Source of the DNA: Bispira polyomma
Taxonomy: Eukaryota
Assembly: GCA_965649765.1 (NCBI GenBank)
Contig: OZ287754.1
Location: 33,914,001 to 33,978,000, forward strand
Length of the DNA: 64,000 nucleotides
Direction: 5' to 3'
Shown here: positions 12,816 through 26,500 of the stretch, one piece after another
How the letters are laid out: every line of letters begins with the position of its first letter
Position numbering within the stretch: the stretch's first letter is position 1
The notes under the pieces: generated by a model
Databases searched by the model: none
What the model was told of the DNA's origin: nothing
Seen by the model: only the letters and a program-made list of their open reading frames with translations
Position numbers and translations under genes: made by a program

Positions 12816-14765
12816 CTAATCTAATCTAGTCGTACTTTTATAGCGCTTAATCTTTGTACAACAAATTCTAAGGCGCAACAAACCCAAAACGTTAATCGAA
12901 AATCAAAAAAATAGTGGGCGGATGGAAGTCGTAACCAGGGAGACTACCGTAAATGGTTACGACGGCTAAGGTGGAAAAGCCTGTTAAAAAAGATAGGCCT
13001 TCAGCTTACTCCTGAAAGAGGAGAAAGTTTGAGCCAGGCGAACATGATCAGGTAGGCTGTTCCAAATGAGGGGGCCATCATGAGCTAGACAGTGATTGAA
13101 CTGAACTTTGGATTTGTGGATGCGAGGGTCGAAAGTGGGAATGTTAAGGTATAATTTATCAGGGTTACTGCGCCTTGTCCTGACTGAGCATGTATATTTG
13201 GATAGATGGGGGCTAAAATAAGTGGGTAATCCAGAATTTAGAAATTTATATATTATTGTTGCTGTTTTGAAAGCAATACGATATTTTATTGGGAACCAGT
13301 GCAGTGACTTGAGTACAGGAGTAATGTGGGAAAATTTAAAAGTTTTGGTCACAATACGTGCCAATGAGTGTTGGATATTCTGAAGGCGCCTGAGATCACT
13401 ACGAGATAAGGAACGGAACAGAGAGTTGCAGTAATCAAGCCTACTGCTGACCAAAGCATTGGCAACAGTGATTGCAGTGGATTTGGAAAGATAGCGTCGA
13501 ATCTGCCTGAAATCACGGCGGCCAACATGATCTACACACCGATGCGACATGGTTAGAGAAGGAGAATTCAGAGTCGAACACCACACCCAGGTTTCGTACT
13601 TTGTCAGCTGGAAATAGCCTGCGGCCAAGAATGTCAAGTGGAAAACAGCTGGACAATTTTTCCCGTTGCGACTTGGAGCCAAACAAAATAAACTCAGTCT
13701 TCTCAGGGTTCAGCTTAAGTTTATTTGCTGCCATCCAGTGTTGTACATCAACAAGGCAGTTCTGTAAGGAAGTGAAAGCTACCTGGGCAGAGTCAGGTGT
13801 AAGGTGGATGTACAGTTGGGTATCATTAGCATAGAAGTGAAAGTTTATGTTTTTGTATGCAGCAATAATCTTGCTGAGTGGAGTGGTGTACATGGAAAAC
13901 AAAATGGTACCCAGGACGGAACCTTGGGGAACACCAAATTTTAACCATGTTGGGTCGGATAAGATATTGCCAATTTTGACTGATTGGAATCTATCAGATA
14001 AATATGCCGTGAACCACTTAAGCGCCATACCGCTGATACCGAACCAAGACGATAGGCACTCAAGAAGAACTCTGTGATCAATAGTATCAAAGGCTGCTGA
14101 CAGATCCAGCAGTACTAAGGCAGTAGGCATACCTTTGGATAAAGATGTATGAACATCATTTTTGATGCAGAGAAGTGCAGTCTCAGTAGAATGATCACTT
14201 TTGTACGCTGACTGATACTTATTGGACAGATTGCTGACGTCAACATGTTGTTTGATCTGTAAGGCAACCGCGCGTTCTACCAACTTAGAGATATAGCAAA
14301 GGCCTGAGACAGGACGGTAATTTTTCAAGTCAGCCTTTGGAAGAGAAGGTTTTTTTATTAGAGGAGTGACAATAGCCTTTTTAAAGTCATCTGGAAAGAC
14401 GCCATTTATCAACGAGAGGTTGATAAGTTTTGTGATTGAAGGCAATAAAATGTCAATACATTCTTTGACAAGGAATGTGGGCCACGGATCTAGCAAGCAA
14501 GATTTTACGGGTGATGCCAGTATAATTTTCCTGACTTCATCAACAGTTACTGTGGAGAAACAGTTGAAGACGGTTGGTGGAGATGTTTGTAAAGGGGCAT
14601 TTGGGGCAGCCAATGTAAAACCGTCACGGATTCTGGTAATTTTATCAGTGAAAAAAGTACTAAAAATGTTTGCCAGTGATTTGCTATTGGAATTTTCTGG
14701 TAGTATAGTCTGTTTTTTACGGTGGAGGGTGCTATTTAGTTTTTGCCAAAGTTTCTTCGACTTGT
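12816..14765 (-). mobile_element. CR1/L2-group LINE, 5'-truncated copy C (full RT domain, inactive)
   Basis: ORFs 13513-14826 and 12984-13682; NYRPVS, DLSAAFDTIDH, YADD changed to YAND; 5-bp deletion near 13527 relative to copy A; (GATTA)n tail. Confidence 0.95.
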
Positions 14766-15589
14766 AAATGGCTCTAGTTGATATTCTTTGTGGTTTAACA
14801 ATTCTCTCTGCCACTGCAGAAGTCAACTCTTGTTCTGTAAGTCTGGTATCCTAGAAACCATGCGTGAAGATTTAGAAAGGCTGGCTCTTGATGGAAGTTG
14901 TGAGACAGCGATTGTTTTAGTAACTTCTGTAAGGAAGTATTAGTAGGGGGATCTGTTGAGACAGTTCTATTAGGTCCCAGAACCAGGACATTTGTGGCCA
15001 ACCTGATGCTATGAATACTATTTGACAGTTGCATACAGTTCCACTGGGTAAGTAATTGTATTGCAATACAAAGAACATTCCCTGCAGCATTTTTAATCTC
15101 TTCTTAAACAACTTGTACGTATTTAACATCATGCAGAAGAGAAGTGTTGAATTTCCAAAAACCCTTGTCTCTTTTCGAATTTTAATTCATCAACAGCAAA
15201 GAATGATCAGTCTTGTATCCAGGTTTAATAAATTGCTTTCTTATAAGCCTGTATAGCCAGGCAATATAAATAAGGAAGACAACATTAATCCAGTGGGCCA
15301 TTATAATTTCCACGTTACATTTAAGTATTCTTACTCTGGTGTGCTATCACTATCTGTAAATTTTAAATTCGTTGTGCTTTAACTTGTGAAGGGAAACTTT
15401 ACCAGTCCATGCATTATCAGATATGCAAACACAATTCTTCAGTTCACTACAAGAACAAAAAATATTCCTGTGATGGCTGCCTTTAGTAAACACCTTAGCA
15501 ATATTGGGTAAACCTTGGTAGAATTTGGGTGGTTTTTCTTTTCATCTTTGATTTCCTGTACATTTTTTATCTTTATTTTGTTTTGTATT

Positions 15590-15907
15590 TTGCATTTTTT
15601 GCACGTCCCACAACGGCTTTTACGTGATATTGCGAGTACTTGCATCTTGTACATGACTTGGCAGCAAAACTACAAAAACACCTGCAAATTAATTTCAGAA
15701 CCTGTTAGCATACTTCAAATCTCGCAAATGTGATGCAGAAATTGACGCTGACACACATTACTACCTAATGGGTTTGTGTGTCCAAATTTCAACAGTTCAA
15801 AATTTGAAATACTTGCATGTCTAATACGTCAAAACCTCATGCAAACCATTCCCAAAATTATTTTTTACATGACATCCAGTGTAAAGGCCGGTGGGACCGG
15901 GGCATTA
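15590..15907. mobile_element. Harbinger-like terminal fragment related to 7560-8040
   Basis: Ends GGTGGGACCGGGGCATTA; shared subterminal words (aaattt.aac.gtt..aaatt, atgcaaacc). Confidence 0.5.
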
Positions 15908-16379
15908 GACTGAGAGACCGATCTGCACCCTTAAAAGCTTTTGCACCCCAGAAAAACTAGCAGGATGGGCAAGATTAAAGTACCTAGAAGTCAAAAGTTT
16001 GTTCATTCTTTCTTTTTTATATTACGATTTAGTAGAACATAACAGAGATAAACGGAGTAATCACAACCAGATATCTCTGTTGTGCTAATTATAAGTGAGA
16101 TTGAAAATACAGGCCAAAGTCACAATGGTCAGAACAGTTATTTGGGCACATATTTCACTATAGATTTCTCACAGAAAGTATGCATTAGGATTCTAGTATA
16201 CAAATGACTTTATAGAACCGAATTGAAAAAATTTCATAGAATAAAACCTAAAATATTCAGCAAAACCCAACTTTGAAGATCAATACATATAAACATATAT
16301 CCAAGGAACATATAATATGCGCATAATAAACACATACTTATAATGTTACCACATGCTGTGCTAATACAATTGGACCCAA

Positions 16380-18120
16380 CTTAAGCATCTGACCATTATG
16401 CCAACTGAGGTCTTTGAGGTAAAAGTTGGTAAACGTATTTCGGAATTTCCAGTAAAATGCATTCGAAATTTCATCTAAGGAAATGCCACCTGTAAATGCC
16501 AAAGAATTCGCCATTGGGTGAATGTCATGTGCTTTGACTTGGAAAATTTGCTGTAACTCACTGTCTGACTTTTTTTAAGCCAAGAGGAAATCGTAACCTT
16601 AAAGATATCTTTGTTTTGGCCTCCATTATAGCTACACACAAGAGTTTCTTTTTCCCTTATGTGTTTGGTTCTACCTAAATAGTACTCCAAAGCTCTAACT
16701 GTGCAGTGACCTATTATCAACTAAACTGGACCTGGACCATCAGAAGCCAATTGCTTGTTTGCTAAAAAGGTTAGTGATGGTGTAAAAGTGATCTGAGACC
16801 AGTTTTCCTTATAACTCAATAAGGAATGGGTCTAGGAATGAATTTCACTCCTTCTTTCGCCAGAAGCCAAGGTAAAAAAGTTTTGAAGGTCAAAATCTTT
16901 AGAGAGGCCTTACCTAAAGGTTCAACAGGTGCCTTAATAAGTAAGGGAGAAACCAGTCGAAGCCCATTTAGGTATGGATCTATTACTGATACCTAAATCA
17001 TCTGCAGTTGTAGTTCTATAACCTGCAATGGTTGCAGTCTCTTTTCCTCAAACAAAATATTAGGGAAATTTGCTACATTTCAGTGATATCTGAGATGTCT
17101 ACCTTACCCTCTTCATACCACTTCCCAAAAATGGACGACCTTACCTTGTAGTTCTTTCTGGATGAAATTATCTGAAGCTCCTTAATTCTTTGAGCCATTT
17201 TATCTGAAAATTTCTGTGAATTTTCAGGGTTGACTGTAGGTGCCAAACATGAAATTCAAATACAAGTAGTTGTTGAATCTGCTGCTTCAACAAATTCTGC
17301 CATAACAGTAGCCTCATTGGTTGCTTTGTGGACAACTCTATGAGGTCCTAAAACCAAGGCATCCCTGGCCATCCTGGTGCAATAATGATAACCCTGCACC
17401 TGTAAGTATGACAGCCACAGGACAAAACACATAAGCATCCAGTCCATGAGATGTTTAACGCATCTATTTCCCATGCTTGACTGTCGGGGACAGGCGACAA
17501 ATACATTGGTTGATGCCACCGTTGGTTGATGCCAAGACCTGAGGATTCACAGACCATTCGGTCTGAATAATTTTGTCTCACCAATATCCGACATGTGCCA
17601 GGACATTTAAACTCCCTAGAATGTGTTTGTCTCTCATCTGGATTCCTCTGGCTTTCGTCCATGCAAGAATCCTGCAACTGAAAACACATTTCCATGGAAT
17701 GTGTGCCTTCCTCCTTGTTGACGTAAGAGACTACTGTGAAGTTGTCTGCGGAAATCAATAGGTTTCCGTTTAGAATATGTTTAGAATAGAATATGTTTTT
17801 GGAATGCTTTTAGTGTTGGAAACACTAAACACCGTAGATTATTTAGATGAGCCCCAGCCCTTCTCTAAAGCATCTGTAAGCAGAAGAAGATTCTACTCTT
17901 TCTGATGAAGTGGTGAACCCTTTAACAGATTTGGAAGCTTTGTCCACCATTCTAAATGTGACCTTGAAATATCCAGCGACTAGGGAAATTTCCAATTCAT
18001 CTTGAGATATCACTGGAATGGCCTCATGTGCAGACTACTCTGTGGTATTGTCTTCCCCATTGAAGCCATGCTCCCAATAAGGGACATTAACTTCCTTAGA
18101 GTTGTTGCACTGACCTTCAA
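16380..18120 (-). mobile_element. DIRS1-type YR retrotransposon remnant: RNase H, methyltransferase-like domain, YR
   Basis: LMSLIGSMAS, HMRPFQW, DNFTVVSYVNKEEGTHS, YLSPVPDSQAWEIDAL, IIIAPGWPGMPWF, CTVRALEYYLGRT, TISSWLK. Confidence 0.8.
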
Positions 18121-19439
18121 CATGGAAACTATTTTTTATCAATTTTCGGAAAGACTACCCAGTTTAGTAAATCAAACCAGTAAACTAGAAACTCGGTGTT
18201 TTGGGATGGTGTTAATTCAAAATATTTTAATTTATCACCCATACTATGCTCATTGGCCTGGTTAGGGTAATGCTATACTTTAGAATTGCAAGTCTGCATT
18301 GGCCAATGAGTTGAACGGTTCCAATAAATAGGTGGCGTTAGGAAATGGTAAGGGTATTTCGCTAACAAATTTACTCATCTTTATCTAAGACCATATCAGA
18401 GGGTAGTGTACAGATACTTGTGTATGCCTCAGTCACCATTTAACCTACAATTATATTATCTATATTACTGTAAAGCTTACAATCTCGAGAGATGTTTGAA
18501 AACGTCTTTTGTACAAAACAGAAAGTAAGTATCTTACGGGCGCCTCCCACTTTCACCTTGGCCTTGCGATTAACTCCATGTACCTTGCATGTATCTGCCG
18601 TGGTGAAAATATGTGTTCATCGCCAATCAAATCTGGTTTCTACTCGCGATCAGCCAGATCATATTATGTATAGAGAAAAGTATAACGATACAACTGCTGT
18701 GTCACTTTACAAAAATTAAGGTTTTTTTTAAATTTTCTTGTTGGGCATGGAAATCTACGCTTACCCAGGATTTCAGATGAAAATCACTGTGGGTTCAAAG
18801 TTTTATACCGCTTACATTGAGAGATGTTTCTGCGACTGGCTAATCGCCATGCACGCACGAGCATTTTGTAAGTCACTGAAGTTGGAGACAGGCATTAAAA
18901 ATGCTGCCTGTTAACTACAGCTTACTGGAGGATTTCGCAAGAGATACACTAAACAGCAAGTGATTTTAAAATTAAGAAAATTGTACGATAAATAATTCGA
19001 ATATTAATTAGTCCCCTAAATTTAGCGAAAATATGGCTTACATAGTGTCATTTTGCATAAGACCCATAAGGTCATTAAACAACCCAAGTTCAGGCTGTAT
19101 ATGAGTAGCATCTCGAATAACAAATCATGAGACAATAATAGGCCCAAAAGTTTAATATGTTTCAAAAATAGAACTATGTTTCTTTCACAGTTGTAATACT
19201 GCCTACCATTGTATCCCACATAACCATCAGATGCTGTGTCTCAAGAAATACATGTATATTGCAGTGTGTTATCAAATAATTGCAACAAAAATAATTGTTT
19301 GTTGGAAATGCATGGATTAGGATACAACTAAACAAAATAACGATTGAGATGTGTGGAATTTTAGAAGAACGTGATGTGTGATGATCTTATATTACTAATT
19401 GTTGGCGTTAACCCATTTGGTGTAATTTATGTTCTTTTT

Positions 19440-19940
19440 GACATTCAGTATCTATAAAAATGAATTGTAGATACTGTGTGTCAACTGCAAATCACATTGG
19501 GACTGAGTGGTGTACAAGATAGGTCCCAAGATTAGTGATTAATCTGCGTATTGACAGACTTTCTCCATGACACAAGTCATGGTATCTGTCTCTTTTTAAC
19601 GGCGTTCTTTTGTTGATTGTCCTTGCACAATCTGTTTTAAGCTGCCAAAGCAGTTTTTCCAGATATAGCTAAATATCACTTATAACAACAACCATTAGGC
19701 TCCATATTATACGTGTTATAGCTTAAAATCATTGAGCTTATCCCTACAGAAAAAAGGGCAGATTTGTAACACAAAATTCTCCTTACTACTGTGACTGTCT
19801 AGTAAAACCGTATATTGTGTGCTCCACTACTTCTACTGTTAAAGCCTTTGTCTTTAACTGCTATTTTGCATGAATGTAGCTTTCCCATTCCTCTCTTAAT
19901 CTTGGACCATAAAAGATGATTTTCAGTGAATCATAGTTTA
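19440..19940 (-). mobile_element. Highly decayed CR1/L2-like ORF2 fragments
   Basis: Minus-strand traces LGPI..LYTT..FAVDTQ; many indels. Confidence 0.3.
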
Positions 19941-20821
19941 CAAAATGGCAGGTTATGGCCAGAAAGTCGTAAACGTGTCTTGGACCAGTTCCAAGTAGAC
20001 TTGTATACTGAGGCTGATTCACATGACAAACACGGTGAAGCAGCCTGTGTTTCCATTACAATTGTTGTTTATGTCTAGTCCGGACATTAGGCTGGTTGTC
20101 AGAAGTCAGTGAGATGGAAGATTTTTATGACAGATTACAAGAAAGTAAACAAATCAATGTCTGGTAACACAAAAATCTACAATAAACTACCAGTTAGGAT
20201 ATTTATTGTATGATTAATTTATGAAAAAACACCCCAAATCTCCATAAACAACGTGTAAACTAAACATACTGAACTATTCTATACAAACAATGTGTTAACT
20301 AAAATACATGAAATGATCAACAAAGATTTCTCAAAGTAAGGAAGTGTTCCTCATAAAAAAATTTCTTTGCGATATCAGTTCTTTTCACCTTAATCAAGAA
20401 TTATAGATTAGAGTGGTAATATAATTTACATCCATAGTACATCTTCAGCGTGTATACTCTAACAAGGTATTATTGTCCAATGAACATACTCCCCACAGTA
20501 AGTACTTATATGTTTTGTGAATGAAACATAAAACCCATATCCTTGACATCCAGCAAATATGTTTTGAGTAGAAATATAAATGTTCTATATAATGTAGGAT
20601 TCAAAATAATTTGGCCCAGCCAAAAGTTATGTCACTTCTAGAGGAGCTGGTTCTGTAAAGCTACTACTGGTATGGTTGAATCTAATCTAACTTTTATCTC
20701 GGTGCTAGCATATTCTAAGGCGCACGAGACAATTGACAATTTCATATAGCCATTGGACATACAGGGGTTGTGACCATGGAGACGCCGAAAAAGGTAAGAA
20801 GGCTAAGCTGAAAAAGCAGAA

Positions 20822-20943
20822 TCATATAGAAATTAGATATTACTTGTGGTGTAGTCATAAGGGAGTTAGATATCACTTTTGGTGGAGTTATAGGAGCCAG
20901 ATATCACTTCTGATAGAGTCATAGGAGGCAAATATCACTTTGA
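20822..20943. repeat. About 4 diverged ~31-bp tandem units
   Basis: gagtcataggag..agatatcactt recurs. Confidence 0.6.
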
Positions 20944-21429
20944 AGCCAAAGGAGCATTGCACATTAACTCGACAGACCTTGGTTGTAAGTTCAGTATTTG
21001 GCTTTTGTCTAGTTCTGAAGTTCTCAGTAGTTTTTTTAGATAGCAAATTGGAGGCACAACCTGCCACAGTTGTGCAGTTGAATAATATTCTAACCCTTAT
21101 TCTAACCCGTATTCGAGAAGGCAAGAGGGTTCCCAGGGAAGATACCACATTTTCTTTCAAGTGCAGCTATTCTAGATGTTCGCATAAAATTGCAGGGGTG
21201 TGTTACTACGAAATTGCTGAGTGTGGCTAGCACTGAAATATAAAGTCGTTTTTAACTTGCTGCCCAAATGAAACAATCAATGTTTTAATTTGTGTAGCAT
21301 TGTACAGTATGTTGAAAACATTATATTGTTAATATACATGTATTGATTACTTTTAATAGCAAGATTGAAGAGTTGTAATACAGGAGTGAGGGAGCGGTGC
21401 TGTTTGTAGAATCTCTATGTCATTCACAG

Positions 21430-21597
21430 GATCTTCTGGTGGTTCATTGTGGGCGCGACTCTGGGAATCTTTATCTTCTATGTGTATAACCGGGTAGAAG
21501 AGTACCTCAAGTACAAGAAGAATGTCAGTGTAGAGGAGAACTATGTGGCCCAAATGACCTTCCCCTCCGTCACCTTCTGCAACCAAAACAGAATCAG
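21430..21597 (+). CDS. DEG/ENaC channel exon: TM1 and post-TM1 FPxVTxCN motif
   Basis: ttcacag|G; IFWWFIVGATLGIFIFYVYNRVEEYLKYKKNVSVEENYVAQMTFPSVTFCNQNRI(R); phase 2 in and phase 2 out (AG|GTCAGT). Confidence 0.95.
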
Positions 21598-22342
21598 GTC
21601 AGTCTCTCGATTTATGCATGTCTTCAGTAAACATACCACACACATGTAAATCACGAACCACTGTGGAATCTAAGCCTCGTGCTAAACACAAGAAACAATT
21701 GTACTGTTAGCTTTACAAGTCCAGCAATGCTGATTGTCTTCTATGTTCTTAATATGCATCTCTAATATTTGTCACAAAGTTAACCTTGTTTAAGATGATG
21801 TCATAAATATACCAGTACAGATGTTATTTATATGTCGCCCATTGCCAATTTGTTTTATCGGAAAAAAGTTTTAGTATACTCAAAAGTAGACTTGTCCTAT
21901 TTGGTATTTTACTAATAGTATAGACGAGGCCCTTGGTTATGCCCCAGTCACACATTGTCGGTAGGTGGGTGGTACTAGAAGGTAGCAGAAGATAAAGTTT
22001 CCTTTCCATTTTTTTAAGTCGGGTGTTACAGATATGCAAAATATAACCTTTGAAACTTGTCCAACAAGTATATACAGGGGTTGTGACCATGAAGACGCAC
22101 ATGATTATAGGGACGGAAGACTTACAGTAGTAATTCAGTACTACTGGAAATGGTGAAACCAAGACTTAAAGAAAATATTAAAAGATCATGGGTGACATTG
22201 AAACTTACCAACTTGTATATCAATTTTGTGGCAGAGATTAAAATTGTGCTATGGTACATTAGACTAAGTCTATTCTGCTTGGACTACATATACTTTAGGA
22301 TAATCTAGGAGACTGTTTCCTTCAAAATTGATTACCTAACAA

Positions 22343-23272
22343 ATTTTAGATGTATACTTTTTGGAACTTCCACAGTAATGAAGTTAGTGCATTGTGTGGT
22401 GACTACTGCAAGCCATTTCAGACTCGATACTTGTGACCTTGGTGAATTATAATCCAAGCAAAAAGTTCTTATTTTGTAACCTAAAAGCTACACCTACAGA
22501 TTAAACCTCCCCAACACGTCCACCTTATTACCTTAAATATTAACTTATCGCTGATCTGGATGTTTATGTATGCTTTGGATATTGCAGCATAGGTTTAACT
22601 TCAATCACAAACAATATATACCCCTCATCATTGCCCAGTGTTCTCTGACAGAGCTGAACGTCTTACCAATCGAGTTTCCTTTGTAAGACCATCTCTGCGT
22701 GTTTCCCCAGAAGTAACTCCTGTGTACAGTTTCATTATTTCCGAGGAAGTCAATATATATATACGCAGAGATGGTCTTACAAAGGAAACTCGATTGGTAA
22801 GACGTTCAGCTCTGTCAGAGAACACTGGGCAATGATGAGGGGTTTATATTGTTTGTGATTGAAGTTAAACCTATGCTGCAATATCCAAAGCATACATAAA
22901 CATCCAGATCAGCGATAAGTTAATATTTAAGGTAATAAGGTGGACGTGTTGGGGAGGTTTAATCTGTAGGTGTAGCTTTTAGGTTACAAAATAAGAACTT
23001 TTTGCTTGGATTATAATTCACCAAGGTCACAAGTATCGAGTCTGAAATGGCTTGCAGTAGTCTAATCTACCACCACACAATGCACTAACTTCATCACTGT
23101 GGAAGTTCCAAAAAGTATACATCTAAAATGTATATATATATTTCCGAGGAAGTCTATATATATATATATATATATATATAGACTTCCTCGGAAATATATA
23201 TATACATTTTAGATGTATACTTTTTGGAACTTCCACAGTGATGAAGTTAGTGCATTGTGTGGTGGTAGATTA
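22343..23272. repeat. Long inverted repeat (arms 22343-22700 and 22763-23129) overlapping a perfect 210-bp palindrome (23063-23272) centred on (TA)13
   Basis: Direct reverse-complement comparison; mirror ORFs 22628-22825 and 22638-22835. Confidence 0.9.
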
Positions 23273-23573
23273 NNNNNNNNNNNNNNNNNNNNNNNNNNNN
23301 NNNNNNNNNNNNNNNNNNNNNNNNNNNNNNNNNNNNNNNNNNNNNNNNNNNNNNNNNNNNNNNNNNNNNNNNNNNNNNNNNNNNNNNNNNNNNNNNNNNN
23401 NNNNNNNNNNNNNNNNNNNNNNNNNNNNNNNNNNNNNNNNNNNNNNNNNNNNNNNNNNNNNNNNNNNNNNNNNNNNNNNNNNNNNNNNNNNNNNNNNNNN
23501 NNNNNNNNNNNNNNNNNNNNNNNNNNNNNNNNNNNNNNNNNNNNNNNNNNNNNNNNNNNNNNNNNNNNNNNNN
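23273..23573. other. Assembly gap (301 N)
   Basis: Run of N. Confidence 1.
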
Positions 23574-26500
23574 CTATTAATATTGGCACAAATTACTGTT
23601 CCCAGAGTCACATTTCATGATTTTAAGTTTCTAGTTTTACATGATTGGTTAATATGTATAGACAGTGGTATATACAGCTCTGATGCAGCGTAAATTCGTT
23701 GATGTAGGGAAAATATGAATCTAAAAATACTGTACTAGTTTACTCAAGTCACCCTCACATTAGCCCTTATTGTGACATGAAATAGTGGTCTGTTTACAAA
23801 GTGACAGTTCTTCATCCACTGTTTTGTAGGAGTGGGCTTGTGTTGTTACAGTTTGTTAAGGTGGTCAATAGATCCAGACACACCGGTAATACAACAATAC
23901 CAGAGCTCACTAGAAGGCTCTCCACTTTAGTTACATGTGTTCTCTTTGTCTATTTACCAAATATACTGAATATTCTGAAAAGATCGTTAGAATGGCCACA
24001 CGAAATAAGCCCCTTCAGCTCCAGGTTTTATTCTATTTAAGTGGCTTTATTTTAGCTGCATTGTGTGGTTATTTTTAGATTCCATATCCTTTTTGTGTTG
24101 ATGTTTAATAAACACAAAGCCGTTCTACCTTTAAGTAAAACGGCCTTCGTGTTCGGCCTTCTAGTTTTTTACAGTGTTTGCAAACAATAACAATTCAAAG
24201 GCACAAACAATACTAAATGATTGTATTAAAACTATTAAATCAGTTCCTTAAACAGGCATAAATCAATGATGTTCTTTCATTAATATGATTTAAAGAGAAA
24301 TGAGTGTGTGGGTTACAAAAGTTAGGCAATAATCACGTGAGGAGAGCACTGAAATGTGGTTCATGTCTGTTGTGATATGCATATGTAATGGGGCTATGCC
24401 CTATGATTGATAACCCTGTAGAGTGTTTAACCCACACTGGGCTAGGATTACTTCAACCTTTTGCTATTACAAACACAGCCCCACCAAACTCATAAATCAC
24501 AATAAACTGTGGGCAAGTCCACTAATAAGGCAATCTCTACAAATAAATCTTATTGGCTGTGTTTTGTGGTTGTGTGCTGGGTAAGTGACTTCACCAGAGA
24601 GGGTTGTCACACACAAACACTCATACCCAATAATTGGAGACTTCTGTATAGCTTACTACAATTAGCACATTTGATCTGAATTCTAACAAAGCCTCACTCA
24701 CTGTTTGCTTACAGTGGTGGCCCTACCCTGCCGTACATTCAGTATCTAACACAATCATTAAAATCTTAGTATACACTATATTTATGAATACCTGATATGC
24801 AGTGTGAATTATCAAAAACCAACCTCCATCTTGAAGGTATTTTTATCAAAGATATTGTAACTGTAGAGTGACATCTTTCCCAGGTATCTATCATCAGGGT
24901 TTAAAACGTTAGGAAATGTAATACAATAAATTGTTGGATAGAGAAGCTATTACTCACGCACCAGGTAAACCCGATATTGTGTGGGCACGTGGGATGACAT
25001 CTCTAGTAAAGCCCCTTCACACAGTTTTCACATAGATGTACCAGATATACGCTGATAAACAATGTCTGTCACCTGTGGCCATCCATACGTCATTTTAAAG
25101 AGTGGTTTCAGTCACATTGCATCTACATATTTGTTGTGGTTGTTATGGCTAAGTATACACAAGTGTATACACAAGTTTACATACGGGTAACTATATATAT
25201 GAAAACAAACATCATATGCTATAGATGCACATAAACACAACTGTATTAGTCACCATCCTCTAGGAAACATGGTGTAGGTATGCACTCTACTGTATACTAT
25301 TATAGTCTTTATCGACATTGCAACCATTGGCAGTTGACATACGATGGTCTCTGTCTTTGCTTGTCTTATTATGTTCCTACAGCAGCGACATACATGAGCC
25401 CGAGCAATTGATTGTCCTTGTTTGCATGAAAGGTCTTCCACAAGATTGCAACTGGTCGCATATGTCTACTACTGAGATCTGGGGATAAAGTGTAATGCCC
25501 CTGTTCCATTATACCGACCATTACCACCGGTCACTAGGGGCCACTCGTAACCTACTCCTGAGTTATTGTCACTATCCAACGACTTATATTTTCAGTCTGC
25601 ACCTCCAAGGACCAAAGTTGTTTAAAAATTCACCACTCTACATTCCGACTTATCTTCCCATCTCTTACGATACGTCAGGTCATTAGGATAGTCCATAGTC
25701 GGATCGTATTATACGTAAATGTTCAGATCGTACCGCCCTAGAGCCGGTTAGCAAGGCTCTTTAGCAAAATGAGAAGCCTTCAAACTATTTTAAAATCATG
25801 TTATCTGGCCATATAAATAGGTGAGGAATTCCGCATATTGTTTCAAATGGCGTGACTACAAGATTGATTGAACTAACAAGTATATTAAATGAACATAATA
25901 TGTATTTGGTAAAGTGTTCTCATAAATAAGTAAAAACTAATTCATATATGTCTAACAAATTTAGACTCAGGTAATCAAAATCTTGGAACTGTTTCTAGTT
26001 TGTCTCTCTATTTAAGAGCTGAGCATTTGACCTTTGAGCCTGTTGCTGACACCCACCCGCAGTAATCTACTAATTCGTCATTTAGTAGAGTTATCTTTTT
26101 ATTGACTCTGGGAAGATCTCACCTATCCATGGTACCTGTTTATGTATGAATATTTCAATCAAATATTCAAAGATCAATCCGAAATTTAATATTCAGATAG
26201 TACAGGAAAGAGTACATTAGGCCTTTATTCAGTGCCGGTTTCAGAAAAGCTTGTTCAAGGAGAAAATTTGTCCAACAAAATCCACAATCTGAGTCAGAGC
26301 TCTGAAGACCCTTACTCTGACATATCTTGTGCACAGGAAAACAGTGTACACAATGTAAGATATTTGTCTGATAGATCTAGACATTGACCAAATCCCTGAC
26401 TTTTAGAGATGCAATGTTGGACTCGAAATGACACAACCCAAAAGTCCAAGGTTAAGTAGCACAACAACACACTTTAGATTGTATACATATATACCCAGTC

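Noticed and set aside
22628-22835. Mirror ORFs on both strands
   Set aside because: By-product of the inverted repeat; no protein motif.
23209-23693. ORFs crossing the N run
   Set aside because: Gap artefacts.
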